Assembly (NCBI GenBank): GCA_040954595.2
Contig: CM082594.2
Location: 10,296,296 to 10,360,295 of the forward strand
DNA: 64,000 bases
Reading direction: 5' to 3'
From: Balanoglossus misakiensis
Lineage: Eukaryota > Animalia > Hemichordata
Below are positions 26,251 to 39,552 of this stretch, one piece after another. The notes under the pieces are model-generated. The model made no database searches. It was not told where the DNA came from and was given only the letters and a program-made list of their open reading frames with translations. The translations under genes were made by a program, and so were the position numbers. The stretch's first letter is position 1; the number at the start of each line of letters is the position of its first letter.

Positions 26251-29200
26251 TGTGCGAAATCTTGAGTTAGAAAATTTTGCCATTACTGTGCTTATATGAC
26301 TGCCTGGAAGTGGTGTTCGTGAGATTAAGTGCATTGTGGAAAAAAAGACAACAAGAATTGGTAAAAGCGCCCCCTGGACTGGAACTACTGCGTCATTTGT
26401 TTTTGAATATTATACTCTCGCTGACACGTCGTTCGCCAGTCGCTTTAAGCAGGTACACAAAACAGGGTAATATCAATCGAGTATTTGCATATTGTCATTG
26501 TTTCGTACAGATATCTCAGAAGGGTTGACACATTCCAAGCTGAGATTACCAGAAATTCGACTGTAATTCCTTGTCAAGTTGAAATGCTTCAAACCTGCAG
26601 AGCTTTGTGGAGATTAAATGAACCGTGAACGCCAAATGAGTTGACTTAACTGTGGCATTCTTGCTCTGTTGGTGAAAAATACCCACCACTTACATGAAGG
26701 TGCCCAATTTTCCTACTTTGGTCTATTAGCAGATGCGTCTATGTCCCTGGGTGACATTACTGTGGCGTTTTTGCACGTACTGCACGCATTCAGTTCTGGC
26801 CACACAGTGTCTGACCTCGGGAAATACTGACCGTACGCGAGTCTAAAACGGGCCAGGTCCTGGCCGTACATATTGAATGTAACCAACGTAAATGTATTCC
26901 ACAGATTTGTTCACCATTTTATTTGGCCGTTGCCACCATGAAAATATGCCTACTGCCTCGTCACAACCGCTTCCAAGTTCATTACTGTTCAGTCGATATT
27001 GCGCCCAACAAACTCCCACAGGGGTTATCACCTGAGTGTGTCTATCTTCAATTACGTAAAGTTCGGAGATTCTGAAAAGTCATATCATTCATGGAGCTAA
27101 TCTCAAGTTGCGTCAGTAAGATTTACCGGCAGTAAATATTCATGAACAGACCAGGCAATTGAACGAATGTTTTACAACACTCTAAACACCGCACTCTGTT
27201 TGAATGAAACATTTTAAAGACCTGATAAAGCACTCAACAAATTTGATTTGCAGAAATTATGTTCGTGCGATAGCATGTCCATCTAATATGAATATCTCGA
27301 AGTCCCTGGCCGTGTTCGTATGTCTGTCTTTACACTCTACCCCCCCCCCCCCCTCTGAAGACTGTGCAATCAGGTCTTTCGAGGCCGGGGATTTTATTGG
27401 ATAGCGATGCGCATCGTGAAGGAAGAGATGAAAACATTGTTGCGAAGATGAGCTATGACGTCATCAAGCCTGGACTGTCATTGCACAACTATTGTGTAAC
27501 CATGGATGCACAAGAGAGCGAGGATGACGCAATGGGTGAAACGTCAGATCGAAGTAGATCACAAAGATAAACAGTCGATGACTTTTTTCACACGTGCTCG
27601 ATGCAAATACTTCGAGGTAAACTGTACATCTGGAAACGAAATGACGCGACATTCAGCGCGTCAATAAATAGTTGTAAGACCACGTGGTGGATAAAAGAGT
27701 TTATATCTGACAACACTCAACAAGTTGGTCTATCTTTGATGGGAGAATTTCACAAGCAGTCGGCAACAGCGTAGGGATTACATATCCTTAGGCCAGGTGG
27801 AGTGTCTCCAAGACCAAGCCTTAAAACAAATAAAAGTAAACACGTTACTGGTATCAATGACAAGACTCTCCAAGTGGTGATTAGAGGGGTACCTGAAGAA
27901 GCATAAATCATTTTATTTTCCACGAACGGTCAAACAGACGGTGTTGCTAAATGCTTCGTTTTTGTCCCGCGGCAAATGTAAACACTTGACCAAAAATACG
28001 TGCGCGCCTTCCGAGTTCTCTCTTTGCCTCGTAAAACCATTGAGACTAACCTACAGATGTTGGCGAAGCGTTATATATATTTTTTCTTACAAATGTGGAC
28101 AGTCCGACCTCGTAGACACACCCTTGGTTTCACGGACAGCATCTTTAATGTTGTGGGTTTGAATTGGCGACACTCCTTCCGTCTGTCCTCTGAATTCACC
28201 ACATTGAGGTGACCCTTTCTTCAGCCAGTCGAATAAAAGACGTCAAATTTCATTGAGGTTACGTGATCAAAGGACGCGGGGGTGTCTGAGAGTCGGGCCA
28301 CTTTAAAGGGACATTAAAACAGATGTGTCAAATACCAAAAATGGTTCTCTGAGGAATAGGCGTCGCTTCATACAGATGGCGAGTAATATCGCCACGGTCG
28401 TTACTTCGAAAAAGAACACTCTCACATTCAATTTTGGTCGAATGGTAAAAAGGCTTACGTCATAATGATACGCCAGTGATAAGGTGTAGGGAAAAAAGAT
28501 CGGCCAATTTAGACCAGACTGCAAAATATTTACACGAAGCCATTAAACAAGAAAATCTGTCCATGTTTTGGGACAACACAAAGCGCCTTTAAATCGTCGC
28601 TTCGTCGTACAATAAACAACCTTAGCTCGTTACAAGCGGTCAATTTTAGCAAATTCTTGAGGTTGCTAATCAGCCGCACTATGTTATGCGAAATGCTGAT
28701 GCAACTGTCGAGATACAAGCAGGCAATGGAATGTGAAGCGACCAACGCCACTCAACAGCCGCGATAAGTAAACTTGAACTCACAACAAACACTCCAGCAG
28801 ACAAACTTTTCAAGTATATACACAGCCAATCATGTCAGAGACGTCTCAAGTATCCACTACTAACATGATTGTTTTCATAACTTCAAACAAGAAATGGTTC
28901 AGCAGACACGTTCGCGGAGCTCGGACCACAAGGGGGGTTTTGTTGTGTCTTTTCGAACTTGTAAGTTCTGCCACTATACACTTGAACTGTCTGTCTGTCA
29001 TACGCCGTACACCTGAAGTATGCGCTTCGCTTTTATTCGAAGTCAGTCAGCGCGGGCACTTGTTATATCTAGGTCGGCGAGATCGTTCGAGCTTGAAATT
29101 CTCGTTCTGCGGCCGGCCGTTTTGGGGACGTTAATATGTTGCCCTCTCCACCCCGGTAACTATCAAGGCGTCGGGGATTGACCTGGTTATCACCGCATCT

Positions 29201-29659
29201 ACATTAAAGCCAAATTTGCAGAAATCAACAGGTGTCTTAATAACTCACAGATACGGTAATCCACTTTGGCGCGATGAGTGTCGCGTTGAAATTTCTACAA
29301 TGCCGCTAATGGCCCGGCTAAAAACTATATCGCACACAAGTGGAATTTTTCAAGCCGTATTCCCAAATGAGGTGCGTCCACATTCTTTCAGATTCTTGCC
29401 CTCTTTGGCTCAGTGCGCATGCCCTGGGGGCTATGGGAGATGGCAATGGCAGATTCTTTGACCATAGTGAGCCAACCGATATCTTGCAGAAGAACCCGCC
29501 AACGGCGAATATCGGTTGGCATTCATCGGGAAATAAATCAACACCCTGCAGGTTCTGGTTTTAAGGGATAACGATTTCAAGGGCACATATATACGTCATT
29601 ACTTTCAGAAAAAAGACCGAATTGGCTAGAAAACTTGCAGACAGCAAGCATCACTCCTT

Positions 29660-29825
29660 AACGGTTCTGGCTCCAAGTTAGCTTTATTGGCACTGATCCA
29701 GGCTTTGCAGCATCGCTTCAAAGCATCGCTTCCTTCTCTGAACGAGGAGTAACAAGGCCGTTTGGGTCCACGTTTTGGCACTCTGGAACCGGAACGGGCA
29801 CAAGAGACAGTCCCGGGGAAGAACC
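29660..29825 (-). ncRNA. Candidate alternative terminal exon of the mir-184 host transcript
   Basis: Minus-strand 3' splice site with a ~63-nt AG-free pyrimidine-rich zone ending ttcaacag|GGTTC (AG at 29827-29826). Minus-strand AATAAA at 29688-29683. The 3' end is approximate. Confidence 0.3.
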
Positions 29826-32623
29826 CTGTTGAACCCGAGGGGAAAATACAGACAGACGTTGACAAACAGAGATAACCGGACAATGATTAACTCCGACCGA
29901 CGCCACACCTCACGGTTGTTCGATCTCTCAGAGAGATTAACACCCCAAAATTTACAAAATATATTATCCGACAGTTGAGCAGCAGTAAAGCCTCTCCTAA
30001 TCGTCAAAGAAGCTCTGCATCATTTCCTGAAAGATACGACAAATCTAATCAAATGTTCTCCTCGATACGGAAAGAGACTGGCTAAAGAGGTAACTTAACA
30101 TAAAAAAAGATACGAGTAGTTCGTCAATTACAAAAATGTATTTGGCCACGTAGGCATCTCACTTGACGTTCTGCGCAATCACAACAAAACTGCGGAGATT
30201 CCGCTCGTATCAGTGTCCATTGTCGCTGGGCTCCAGTAGTTATCGGTCCCCCATACCATAGGGACTTAACACCGCTGTGTATAATAGGCCAGATATCCCT
30301 TGAAACAATTCAGGAATCACAATACCATGGGAAGGTTCTTAAAATGTCTGTCTTTTGTTTAAATAACAGCGTGGATTCTAGAAATTCCAGGCGAATCGTT
30401 TCTTTGAGTTATCAGTACAGACATAATCTGAGGATGATCCCGCACTTGGGGAGGGTTTTCCTCATTGTTCCAACAAATGGGAACATGTCTTAAGAAGGTG
30501 GATTTCGCCTTTAAGGAGCAGTGTGGACAAGAAGACACAAAAGCAAAATCCACACTTTAGTCAGATCACCCCCGCGATCTACAAATCAGGGCATTATTCG
30601 CCGATCGATCGAAGGATCTATTCGGATTTTTTCGTGTTTCTCTTTTGGTGAATCGTTTTGTTGTGAAATGTTACTACAACCCCCCCCCCCCCCCCCGCGC
30701 GCATGGGCGACCAGTAAACAATCACACGACCTGGTAATGATTTGATATGAGGCAACACCTTTGCCCTGGGACATGTCCCCACCCGAAAGAGACGCTTGTG
30801 CACGAGTTCGGACCAAAGACACGCATGCCCCGTCAAACAATGAAATTCGTTTACATGAGACCCGCACACTCATTGGATGTGCATCTAAGGGGAAACTTTA
30901 GATTTAAAATCACCTCATAGTAGAGGTCAGTCGTGCAACATCGGCCACAGGCGTCTGTGCACGTTCACATGCCCAAATTTACAGTCTTTTCCAGGAAAGG
31001 AGAAAAAAAGAGATAACTCCCACGATATGTTATCGTTGTTTTGTGGTACTTCATCACCTATCCCAATACCTGAAACGATGCCAACAAACTTTAGACCGAA
31101 CTTTACAAGTTAGTTACTGGAGCTATCGTATATCACCTAACTTGTGACTGACACATTTGTCTCTCGCGAACATTCATTATGGGCGAGTAGCTTTTGCTAA
31201 TTACTGGTGATATGAAGTCCGTATCAGCCAATTTGGAACGAAGCTTCCAGAGTATAAGCATAGGTCATGCCATTACGACACGCACATTGCAAGCCGGGGT
31301 TAAGGGCCAGAAACTGAGCATACATCTAATTGATGTACCATGTTAATCCCACTTGAGACTCATATTGTCCTTTAACACGCAGAAGACATAGTTATCTTGA
31401 TTTCAATATATCACGGACTGAGTCAGAATTTTCTATAATATTACATGATAAAAAGAGAATAACACTGCCATGTTAGTGTAGTGTCAAAGCTAAGTCACGC
31501 GATTTTGACACAGTCGTGCAATATTACACATCGTTTAGGCCTATAGTTCAAATGGTGTATACTTGCACTCTGACGCGATCGATATTCTTGATCTCAACAG
31601 GTGGCATGCATGATCATACTACTGAATAGAGGTGAAGTCAGGGTGGGGCATACCCTGAACAAATGCAAGTAACAAATGCTACATTATCCACGTACGTTTC
31701 TATCATAATTTGCTTTCGTCACGACACCAAGCCGAGAACGCCCATAATTCAACTGTCTGCATCATTACAATGTTCGCGTTCACTGAACGTTTTTCAGAGA
31801 AGAGCGCTTGCGTTCCCCCACTAAGCATTGCATGTTTCACTGCCTACACACCCTTTTACGACCCTATTGTATCCAAAAATGCCGTTCATCATTTTCCTTT
31901 GTACGGGCTCAGCATTTTTTGAAATTTGAGGCCTGAGATGAGGAATGCCAGGCACTCAAGTAACAGATAACATACACGCGACTGCTTAGAATCACATCTA
32001 CTAATCTGATACTAAACGACTTTTATCGCACGCGTCAATCATAATGGTTTATAAACGGGATTTTTTCTGATAAGCAATTTACATTATCATAAAGTTAGCC
32101 CTGTGCACTGTGTGAGGAATTCGAAGTCATTTTGAATTTCAAATATTGGCATGATCAGGTCTTCTGTGCCTTCAGTTTGTATGGTGGAATTTTGGGGGAC
32201 CTCAAAGTCACAGAGTTGTCCAGTGCGCATGATCAGTGTTCAGGATTTCTTCCCACACAGTTATGACGCCGCCCCTCTCCCGCACCTGTTAAAGTGCACT
32301 AACGTTGTGACCTCATTGTTTGGGCATGAATTCTGATGATTTGAGGAAAATTGAAAACCCAAAAGCCAATAACGCGACAATAGCCTCATTGTTTGAGATC
32401 CGACGAGAGGCGCACACCGTTCGAAAATGTCCAATGGGGCATGTTAGATTTCAGCTCCAGAAATACACCAACAGTGTAACATAAGACGACATAGCACCGG
32501 GCTGGAACAAATGCCACAGCGATTCACTTGGCAAGACCCGAACACGGCGCAAAACCAACAACACCATTTCAACACAACGAAATAAACTCATCAATCGTGA
32601 CGTCTCACAACACAGAACACTCG

Positions 32624-32666
32624 CCACACCACACCACACCACACCACACCACACCACACCACACCA
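32624..32666. repeat. (CCACA)n pentanucleotide microsatellite
   Basis: About 8.5 perfect units. Confidence 0.95.
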
Positions 32667-32794
32667 AACGTCGACGCGGCCGGCTACACACTCAATAAGA
32701 AAAAGTCAACGCCGACAATTTAAGCCAAGTAGAACTTCACCAGGAAAAACGAGCTTTCCATATTCAAGGTATACATACACAACCAACAAAGCTT

Positions 32795-33267
32795 GACAAG
32801 AAAAGCACCACCATCATTTATTAAAAACAAGTCAGTGTGGAATAGGATATCATGTCTCACCGAACAATTGAGTAGATCGGCCAATCAGGGCAACACCTGC
32901 TACAAACCAAAAGAACCAGTTATGCGCCCTCTAAGTATGTACAACATACCACAGCCCACAACACAACACAACAACACAGAATGTACAGTCAGCAAATACA
33001 ATCGGACAGACGCAGCAACCATTCACAGAAGCAAATCGAAAGACAACACTGACAACAGAGGTCGAACATCAACCTCATGTCTTTTGAACAATCAACGTAA
33101 CACCCCTACCACCACATCGATGACCAAATTAACTCTTCAATTGTGACTGTATCTACGAGATCTCACTGGCGTTCTTAAATTTTCCCTGCGGGCAAAAGTC
33201 ATTAGACGAGGTGGTCATTTTTTCAGTAAAGTGAACTTTGTTTTGGAGGGGTCGGAAGAAGGCACAT
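32795..33267 (-). ncRNA. Candidate terminal exon of the mir-184 host transcript
   Basis: Acceptor ctttctgcatttacacag|ATGTG preceded by ~99 nt with no AG. Minus-strand AATAAA at 32822-32817, CA ~22 nt later, then a GT-rich element (TTTGTTGGTTGTGT). Confidence 0.45.
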
Positions 33268-36200
33268 CTGTGTAAATGCAGAAAGCGTGACAAGCCACGA
33301 ACAATGATATATGTGAGGCAAAGTAAATGGCGGTTGGTGGCCCCAGCAAAGATAAACATAAACGGTGTCTTGAGCGCTTCGAGTTCGACCATTCCCGCCG
33401 AGAAACAACAATGACAAACAAAAGCGCTGGCTGTGTTTTTACCAACGGACTTCGGGGATAATCACAACACTTGAGAAACGCCCGGTATCAAAAACCGGAG
33501 AACAGTAATTAGTCCCTCTCGCGCTATTAGCATAATTAGTTTTTCTTTTCTCTTATTATGCAAGAGTCACTGACTAGTTTATAGTTTTTTTGTTCGCAAG
33601 TGGACTTTGAATACAATAGAACAGACACCTTAAGTGCTGTGAACGCTAAGTCCACTGTTTATCGCTAACGGTCTCCACAGAGGGGGGTATATTTTAGCGG
33701 CACTGTAATTATACAAGACGAGGAATGCACTGAAAGTGTCGTCTGGTCGAAATTTGGCATCGGTCCCAAGGATTCATCGCCGACATTATTACTCGGACAT
33801 GGCTCAACAGTCTACGCACTGTTAACCGTATAATTTATATTTTCTCCGACTTGGATTGTACATGGGTATTTTCCAGGTCCCTCAGAGCACTCCCACCCAT
33901 TTCGCGTCTGTTTGTTAGCAAAAAGGAAGGAAAACTGAAAAATTCAAGTCACATGATCTCGGTATCTCCCGCCACCTGCTTGGGTACACCCATCAAGAGT
34001 TTCCCCTTTAGATCGAACCGATTAACTTGGGCGCAACTTTTTTCGTCCTTTTCAAGCGCACAGGTACGGGTTGCCTACGTGTATCCTGTCATGGACCGAT
34101 TCAATACGGACTCAACACGTGACGCCGCAACTTTCCAAGTAAATCAAAGTAAACACCACCTGAACCACGCTCACTAACATTCTTGATACAAAACTAATTG
34201 CCCGCACCAAAAAAAATCCCACGATGGCTCCACCATCTTAAACAATAAGGCCATTAACTCCTTGTAAATTGGATTACTGGGTGTTAATTACTAGACATTG
34301 TGTATTTGCATAATTCTGCATAGAACCTAGCAAGTTTCCCTAAGTTCTTTCAAAAGCCACGTAAGTGCTGCCTTGAATTAGTGGTGTCACTGTCAAAGTA
34401 GTTCTCTCGGCCATCAAATTAACGTATTATTGGCGGAGGAGGCTATAAAATGTATCTTGTTGGCGAATATTAAAAAAGTGAAATTCAAAAATTTCTTCTG
34501 ATATTCAGACCAAGTTATTCGAGCAGGACGTCTGACAAACAACATTTAGGCCGACGATTTCAACATCTCACACCATGAACGGACGGAGACAGTGCACCCG
34601 GAACGAAATAACCACGCATGGCTGAGAATTTCGGTCTTTATTTTCCAGGTACAGCGTTGGGACAGCTGCGCGAGTAGACCACCGATCTTTTGTTTCTCTA
34701 GAAAGTGCATCGATCGATGTCACATTCACTCTCACTGTAGTGGTTGAACCAAATCCGTAAATATCCCTCTTGATGACGTAGGTCAAAGCCACTCAGAAAC
34801 ACCTGTGTTTTCTTTCCTGTTAGCAACCGTCGCCAAGGAAAAAAGAGCACGATGCCAAAGTTGGTAAGTGAGTGCCGGTCACCCTCATGGCATTACTCTT
34901 TTCGAAGGAAACGACAAGAATATTTGAGGTGTTTTACGAGGCAATTTACAAGTCTCGATGAAGTACCGAGGCAGACTGCAATTCCGTGTGTTTGTACGTT
35001 AATTTTGCTTCAACACTGGAGACATACATAAAACAAACAAACAAACAGCCATCCAGATAGAGACAACAAAACCACGAGACACTTGAAAAGCGTTTAGTTA
35101 AAGGACACAAGTGGACATCACGTTGAACTTGTCGACGCCTCGGACTGAGAAGTTTCTGATAACCACGCTTTCCACACTGTCACACAACAAGAAAGTGTCA
35201 TCCCATCATTGAATGCGAGAACGGGTGCGAATGTCGTTAAAACATTGTTTTCACTTCCGTTTATTCGTATAAAGTAATTCACGGTAGGCATTGGGACACA
35301 ATAGCCTGAAAGGAAAGATGCAAAGAGCACTGATTTCCTTTAATCCTTTAAAAATCAATATAATCGATTTGAAAACCACACTAACCCACACGTGCTTTGT
35401 TCGCAACTGAGACCATGCACAAGCTATTCTCATTACAAGAAATACGCATGTACTACTGTACACACACGCATCTTTATCAATAGGGAGGAATTCAGTCAGT
35501 TATAAACTTCGGCATGCAAAACCGCCGGCCAATAATACAGATGCCAGTTCTTGTCAAATGCGAGGTCACGTGAGCTAATTTCCCGCCCTCCAGGGTTGTC
35601 AGATCTGTTCTCTCCCAATTGGTCCTTGCATAGACACTACTATGACCGGTCTAAATCCCCCAGCCACCGTCACCTTTACCCTGCGCTTGGTGCCTAACAA
35701 GTTTTACAAACGTCCAGGTTCTTATCACCCTTCGTCCTTCACTTCCGACGATTAATCTTGTCCGAGACACTTTATAATGAATGTCACGACCTTAACGACA
35801 TTCGCCTGCCTAATCTTCTCTTTCGCTTTAATATGTTACACATTCCACTATTATGTGTGTTGGTTCCTCTTTCAGAGCGAATCTCCCGCCAAATTTGGTT
35901 AAATAAGGTGGGGCTTATCGATGGAGACCCCCTCCCATAAACTGAAGGTCACTAGTATTCAGACCGCACTTCTGTCCACATTTCTGCTGCACCTGATCAC
36001 GTGGCGGCAGTATGGTGTCAGACCAAACTACACCCGACATTTTTTTGCCGCGTTTTCTATTTTGCGCCATTTTTTTGTTGCAGAGACCAGCGGTGTCGGT
36101 ATCTCAGTTGGGTTAATTACGCACGACATCAAAGTCCACTGCTGTTTACGACAGAACCGGTATTTGTTTTCCGGTTCTTCAGAGGGGCAACTGTTAAGTA

Positions 36201-39200
36201 ACGTGCCCTCGAGGTCAAAGGTCGTTACTATTGCAAAACTCGTATAACTGCCCCTCTTTTTCAAAAAGTCTACCGAGTGTGCTTATCTTTTGAGATGGCT
36301 ATCTAGATAGGCAGTGTCAAACAAGCGAAGTCAATTACAATTGTCCCACGCCACATTAAAACAGCAAGATTAGATCCCTTAATCCACCTAGGTAACATTT
36401 ATACATTTACCGACGGGGGGGGGGTCATTTTTGTGGAAATTTGATGGATCACTATGAGGGACACCATTGTCTGTGGATATCGCCATAACCTTGACTGACC
36501 GGTACAGGTGAGGTGCATGGTGGGGTTACTAGTTTTTCGAATCCAATGGCAGAGTACAGCCATTGCTCTCAGGTGGATGCTGGTGAAAACGACAACCAGA
36601 AATTGTCGGTTCACAAAATAAAGGCGGGAAGAATCGAGATCCCGTAAGCCTCTAGACTGAATTGGACACGTTTCTCGGCCCAAACTCTAACCCCTTTGGA
36701 AGCTCCATGGGCCGTGTTCTTTTGTGAGGCTGGTTTAATCTTATCACAAACACTGATCGATAAAATGAAAAGCTCTTGAGACGAAAACGGATGATTAAAA
36801 TGCAGAGAAGCTCCCGAGACGAACCGGACGATTAACCGTATTGTTCGAATATTGTAATCTTCTGGCAGTAATCAAGCACTAAGCTAAAATGTAATAGTTT
36901 AAGTTCCACACAGTATCTCTCATTCAAAACCATTAAAATAGAATAGGTATGCCAGATTGGGGAAGTTTAGGCCAAAAACGTTTATGAATGAGAATTCTGG
37001 TCAACCAGATTTAGAAAATTAGCATACATTAGGGTATGGAGGTTATAGGTAATGAATCAACTATAGGCATAGGTCGCGCGTCCCGTTGACATAACTGGAA
37101 AAATTCAAAATGGCCGCCCATAAAGGTTTGGTGGACTATCATTTGTCTAAAACAATCTGTCGCACAGGTGAGTTCACGACCGAGACAAGACTCGACATAG
37201 CAGAGTGCAGTACGAGTAACCTTGTTGCAAAGATCCGCTCTTGACATGTGGAGGGTCTGCAAACAACGCCATTTCCGTTCTTGCTAGAGTTCGAGAGTTC
37301 ACTGCATGGCTTGTATTTAGATTCCCGGTCATGGGGCTTGGAAAGAAATGGATTCATAGAAACTAAAGAATGTTCACACCCGCATATGGCACACGTGGTT
37401 AACTGCAGCATTTCCTCTTCGGTCTGTTTGAACACCACGTTGAAATTCAATAAAATACCTTTTTTGGTAAATAGATCCCTGCCTGCAGAGTACAGTTAGA
37501 ATAAATGAAACGACCATGAACTTTTAGAATTTCTATAGGTACATAGGTTGAGCTTATTTACTGATTTATCACGTCATCGGTGTGAAAATTGGTAGTAAAA
37601 CGCACACGTGGCATAAGCGAATTTCAAGGGCGTCAACGTGTACGTCAAGAATCCAACAGGTGGTCAAACTGATATTATATCACACTGCTTGTGTATATAT
37701 GCGACATTTGAAAGACTTCAGACACTGCGAAAATACGAGGCGGACGGGGCACCCAGGTCACACGTCCTAGCACCGTAAAAGAGACATTCAAAAAACACTG
37801 AAACCACACCCACTGACTAATAATTCACCATTAAACCCTGCCAGTCGTACCATGTAAACAAATGACACCAACCAGAGAAGCAGGGACCGTGAACAGTACA
37901 GGTATTAGTGATGGGGTTGGACCAGACGATAAAAATAAGGCTTTATACGAGATGCTTTTGAGCACCTGTTGAATCGAAAGGCTATACAGTATACATGTAG
38001 ACGTCAAAATATTCGAAAAAAAATATCAAGATTTTTTTAGGATAGTATACATTTATAATTACTACAATTCTGGGGATATAACAAAGTACATTCATGGTAT
38101 GACGACACTGATGACAGGTACTAAAAGTTCTGTGATAGGTGTCACTGACGAAAGGGCGGGAAATTGGCGGCATATGGTGATAGTTTGCTGGCAATACATG
38201 AAGGATGGTTAATCGTCAACTAAGGAACACACAAATGAATGTAGTAGTTTACATCTTATCGGTGTTTTTAATCCATTAAAATATTAATTACCAGACACAG
38301 ACAGTGTACGGCGAAAAGCGCAACACGAAAATGGGTGAAATGTCGTCGTGCACATGACGATTTTGCAAATTATCAAGTATAGACCGAGACAAGTTTCAGT
38401 TTAAATCGTAAAGTGGTGAAAAAAAGGCGCCAATTCGCCATTGTCCAACAAGTCCAAAGTGTAGATGTGGCCATTGACATCCAGCGAGCGGACACGAGTT
38501 TACACGACCACAAAAAGCGCTGTGAGGACGACCTTCGCACACCAGCAGAATGAGTGTGCTCGCTCAACAAAGACATCTTGATATGGAAAGTAAACATGGC
38601 CTCTTTTCACTCTGTCTCTAAAGTTGGGGAGCCGGGTATTCAGTCCCACTGTACTTCATTATCCTTCCACGTTGGCCTATCCTTTGTACGCAGCGTCCTT
38701 TCACACTGGAGTAGTCACTGATGTTTTAAGTATTTCCGCTCCTATTCTTTGTTCAAATGCCTTACATTTAAATTGGGCCCCGGGCCCGATGTTCTCACTT
38801 GGCGGTAATTCGCCAAGTCAAACATGGAGAAAATTATTCATCATCTAAACACGTTCAAAACTACACGATTTCGTCAAAAAGGTCAAGGTTTCTAGTGACA
38901 ACTTCAAACTAAAACAGATCCGTTTTTTCTGACATGACTCGAATGAGAAAATGTCAAAAAGTGAGAGACCGGCCTGCAGTTGAAGTCAATGTACACGCAT
39001 TCCTGTCTAACTACTCTGCCCCGTACCAGCATACCTGTAACGCATTACAAATACTTCAGAATCACCAATGCAGAAATGTCAGACACCGAGTAGAATGCGC
39101 ACTACAAAAGAATGCAATCTTACCAAAAATCGACTTTGACGGGGGAAAAAAGTCCACCACCTAGAGAAAGTAAAACACTTGCATTTACACAGCTGTCTGT

Positions 39201-39307
39201 ACCATGTGGTGCGCACATCCACATAAAACCACGTGGTGTGGCAAGGCACGTACTGACGCAACCACACCTCAATATTCCATCTGCCGGTCGATTTTTGTCC
39301 ACCACAA

Positions 39308-39365
39308 GCCCTTATCAGTTCTCCGTCCAGCGTTCCATGTCGGGCTGGACGCGGGAATGATAAGG
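39308..39365 (-). ncRNA. mir-184: pre-miRNA mir-184 (mature 3p 39329-39308; star 5p 39365-39344)
   Basis: Minus strand reads CCUUAUCAUUCCCGCGUCCAGC-loop-UGGACGGAGAACUGAUAAGGGC. The 3p arm is the conserved invertebrate-type miR-184. It has a 2-nt 3' overhang, a lower stem, basal UG at -14/-13 and CNNC (CGAC) 17 nt after the 3' cut. Confidence 0.97.
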
Positions 39366-39461
39366 AGTTGCGGAAAACATCATCTTCTTTCGCCAAAAAT
39401 CTCCGCCGATTACAACCGAGATCTCCGACAACGTGGCAAATAACGGAGAAGACCCACTTAC

Positions 39462-39552
39462 CTAGGGAGCCTGTTTGCTCCGGAAATTGCAGGGCCTTCG
39501 CAATTCACAAACCACGTGCCTGCGTGTCACTTCGAGGCTGGCTGTCCCAAAC
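39462..39552 (-). ncRNA. Candidate 91-nt non-coding exon immediately upstream of mir-184
   Basis: tttttcag|GTTTGG...CCCTAG|gtaagtg. The donor is consensus and the acceptor moderate. Stops occur in all three frames. Confidence 0.5.

Noticed and set aside
29718-29825. Peptide GSSPGLSLVPVPVP... loosely like the Pax6 C-terminus
   Set aside because: The similarity is low-complexity, and no paired or homeodomain exons were seen upstream on this strand.
35720-35740. CTTATCACCCTTCGTCC, resembling a mir-184 arm
   Set aside because: No complementary arm nearby, so no hairpin.
38405-38499. Minus-strand peptide RVRSLDVNGHIYTLDLLDNG resembling Ras beta2-beta3
   Set aside because: It is bounded by stops, lacks DxxG and splice sites, and no other GTPase motifs were found.
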